64,000 nt of DNA. It comes from Utricularia gibba (lineage: Eukaryota; Plantae; Magnoliophyta). Each line of letters opens with the position of its first letter. The stretch's first letter is position 1. The notes beneath the pieces were generated by a model. The model saw only the letters and a program-made list of their open reading frames with translations. It was not told the DNA's origin and searched no databases. Positions 61,919 through 64,000 of this stretch are shown in pieces. A program made the position numbers and the translations under genes. The stretch is taken from contig NEEC01000012.1 in the NCBI GenBank assembly GCA_002189035.1, positions 2,728,001-2,792,000 of the forward strand. Reading direction: 5' to 3'.

Positions 61919-62512
61919 TCAAGAAGACCAAGGTACTGGCATACAGTAACAGGATTTTTTCTTCCTTCTTTCCAACAAGCAGTCAGCATTACGTACTGTG
62001 GCTACCATCTGCCAAAAAAGGCTTCATGTTCTGCACCCATGATACTTCTGCACTTGAGAAGCTTTGCTTTTTTATTCTGTGAAGATGTGATCATCTATGT
62101 GGACCAAGTTGAGGAAAATTTTCACGGTGTGCTGCTAGAATCATTCTTTACTTTTACATGTGAACCATTTTCCATATGAATGTGAATATGTGTCTCTGAT
62201 CCCCCTCTTCAAACGGAGTATGGATCGAAATGCGACTCTCGGAGGAATGAAGTGGCTCGATTCATACAGGAGAGTTCAGCCTGGTACTTGTGTGAGAATT
62301 GATTTCAGTCAATACATGCACTTGGCTGATAAAAACCATTCAATGAATGGACAAAGATTCTGGGACGGTGCTGCTTTGGTTAGGCAAAGATTCGTTCTTT
62401 TATATATTGGGTTTTGGGCATGCAAAATGCGAACAACAAATTGGGCTTCGGAACGAGCCCGTTGCAGCCGAAGGCTGTTACAAATAGTCCGCCGCCGTAG
62501 TGCCACGGCGTA

Positions 62513-63708
62513 ATGGCTTTATACCGATCTTCCGTACATTTCATTTCCCCACTATTTCAATTTCATATCCAAACACTTGCGCACTTCAATTGCCGCCTCT
62601 CGAAATCTAGAAAATTATCTTCTCCAGTTTTGTGTGTATCGTCGTCGTCGTCATCTGCGATGGAGACTCCACCGGAAGGTTATCGAAGAAACGTCGGAAT
62701 TTGTCTTGTTAACCCTTCTAAGAAGGTGAGTCTTCAGATCGTCTTTACTCTCCTGTATTATTTTTTTCTGGTTTTAGTTTTAGAAGCCTGTTGTTTACTG
62801 TGGATTTTGATCAGATTTTTGCTGCGTCGAGGCTTGATGTACCGGATTCTTGGCAGATGCCTCAGGTTAGATTTGTTGATTCATAGAAAATCTGTATCCG
62901 TTTAGGATCTGGTTTGAATGTATGGCCTCCGAGTACTCAAAAGTTTAGCCATAAGTACCTAGCCTCTTTCACTGTTTTAATTGTTGTAGAGGTTTCAAAT
63001 CTGATATGAATGTGTAGGGTGGTATTGACGTGAGTGAGGATCCCAGAGATGCTGCCATCAGAGAACTAAGAGAAGAAACAGGTGTAACTTCAGCAGATAT
63101 TCTTGCTGAGGTATATATTTCAGCCTAGTTTCCTTGTTCAGTGATCTTAAAATGTGTTTACATAACACTATTCTGCAGCTTCATTGAAAATATTGCTGCT
63201 GTAGGCACCATACTGGTTAACATATAACTTCCCACCTGAGACAAGAGAAAAGCTTAGGAAACAATGGGGTTCTGATTGGAAAGGGCAAGCACAGAAATGG
63301 TTAGTAATTCTCCTTCCTTATTCTGTTGTCTTGGAAAAATTTATCACTTTGATCCAAACGCAAAATAGCTGAAAAAGGATCCCATAGTTACCATTTCTTT
63401 CATGTTTCAAAGAATTGGTGACTTAACAAACTGTCATTTTTGCATCAGGTTTCTTTTCAAATTTAATGGCAAAGATGAAGAGGTGAATCTTTTGGGCGAT
63501 GGAACCGAGAAGGCAGAGTTCGGGCAGTGGACATGGATGTCATCACAAGAAGTTCTTGATCATGTTAGCGGTGCAGCTTATTTTTCCCTGAATGTGTCGT
63601 ACTGGAATTCTTTTTACTGAATATGGGTATGTATTTGTGCAGGCAGTCGAATTCAAGAAGGAAGTGTATCAGGAAGTTTTGAAGGTTTTCTCCCCATATA
63701 TCGAGTAG
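62513..63708 (+). CDS. NUDX26: Plastid-targeted Nudix hydrolase (NUDX26/27-like, ApnA/ppGpp hydrolase group)
   Basis: Ser-rich transit-like N-terminus, then METPPEGYRRNVGICL, WQMPQ|GGIDVSEDPRDAAIRELREETG (Nudix box), WKGQAQKW. Six exons in frame; TAG at 63706-63708. Confidence 0.88.
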
Positions 63709-64000
63709 ATACTTCAAGTTGCTAAAGGAGTAACTAGCAAAAATTGGACGACAAGCATAAACACAAGTATGCTTGTGTCCTTAATCTGTACTTGCCGTTA
63801 TTCATGAAAGCACTTGTTCCTGATCGACATCATCATGTTGCTGTGACATATCAGAAAACAATTATTTCATGTTTCATTGTACTCTATTTAATCTAACACT
63901 TAACTGGTGACAATCTGCTCCAGCTTGTTCATGATATCTTGAGCAATAATCTCTGGGGAAAACCTTGTCACCATATCGAGCCTTGCTTGAGCTCCTTTCC

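Noticed and set aside
62160-62513. 117-aa ORF whose stop overlaps the NUDX ATG
   Set aside because: It spans the SerRS 3' region and the NUDX site II promoter motifs (~62440-62460), so its ATGs are probably upstream of the TSS. TAATG arises easily from an A-rich start context.
1-64000. Many 60-170 aa ORFs in the ORF track, overlapping or antisense to real exons
   Set aside because: They are shadow frames or exon-plus-intron read-throughs of spliced genes; several start at TTG/GTG and have no family motifs.

Overview
Gene-dense plant (eudicot) nuclear DNA with short spliceosomal introns. I found no rRNA, tRNA or CRISPR features. The first ~6.5 kb is a decaying tandem duplication. Each unit carries a CYP706-like P450 (+) facing a class IV aminotransferase remnant and a B3/REM gene (-). 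The two units carry different MITE insertions (one hAT with an 8-bp TSD, one Tourist-like with a TAA TSD), and a Ty1/copia PBS+gag fragment sits at the junction where both flanking genes are cut. The rest is an ordinary housekeeping array: eIF3j, an alpha/beta hydrolase, SF3B2, MOR1, an ERF, katanin p80, BDP1, an A20/AN1 SAP, an R3H/SUZ protein, a Sep15-like gene, an SCS1-like SAGA subunit, a hemerythrin-domain protein, a DYW PPR, cytosolic SerRS and a NUDX26-like Nudix. Points worth checking: a likely U12 intron in katanin p80, three GC-AG introns, two apparent 3'UTR introns in the R3H gene, uORFs in the SCS1-like leader, and five single-base deletions in three consecutive genes at 56.5-61.6 kb. 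Those deletions are most likely consensus errors. Exon boundaries were traced by eye and family names come from recalled motifs, not database searches. I did not find a demonstrably new biological system; the most unusual structure is the duplicated P450/aminotransferase/B3 block.
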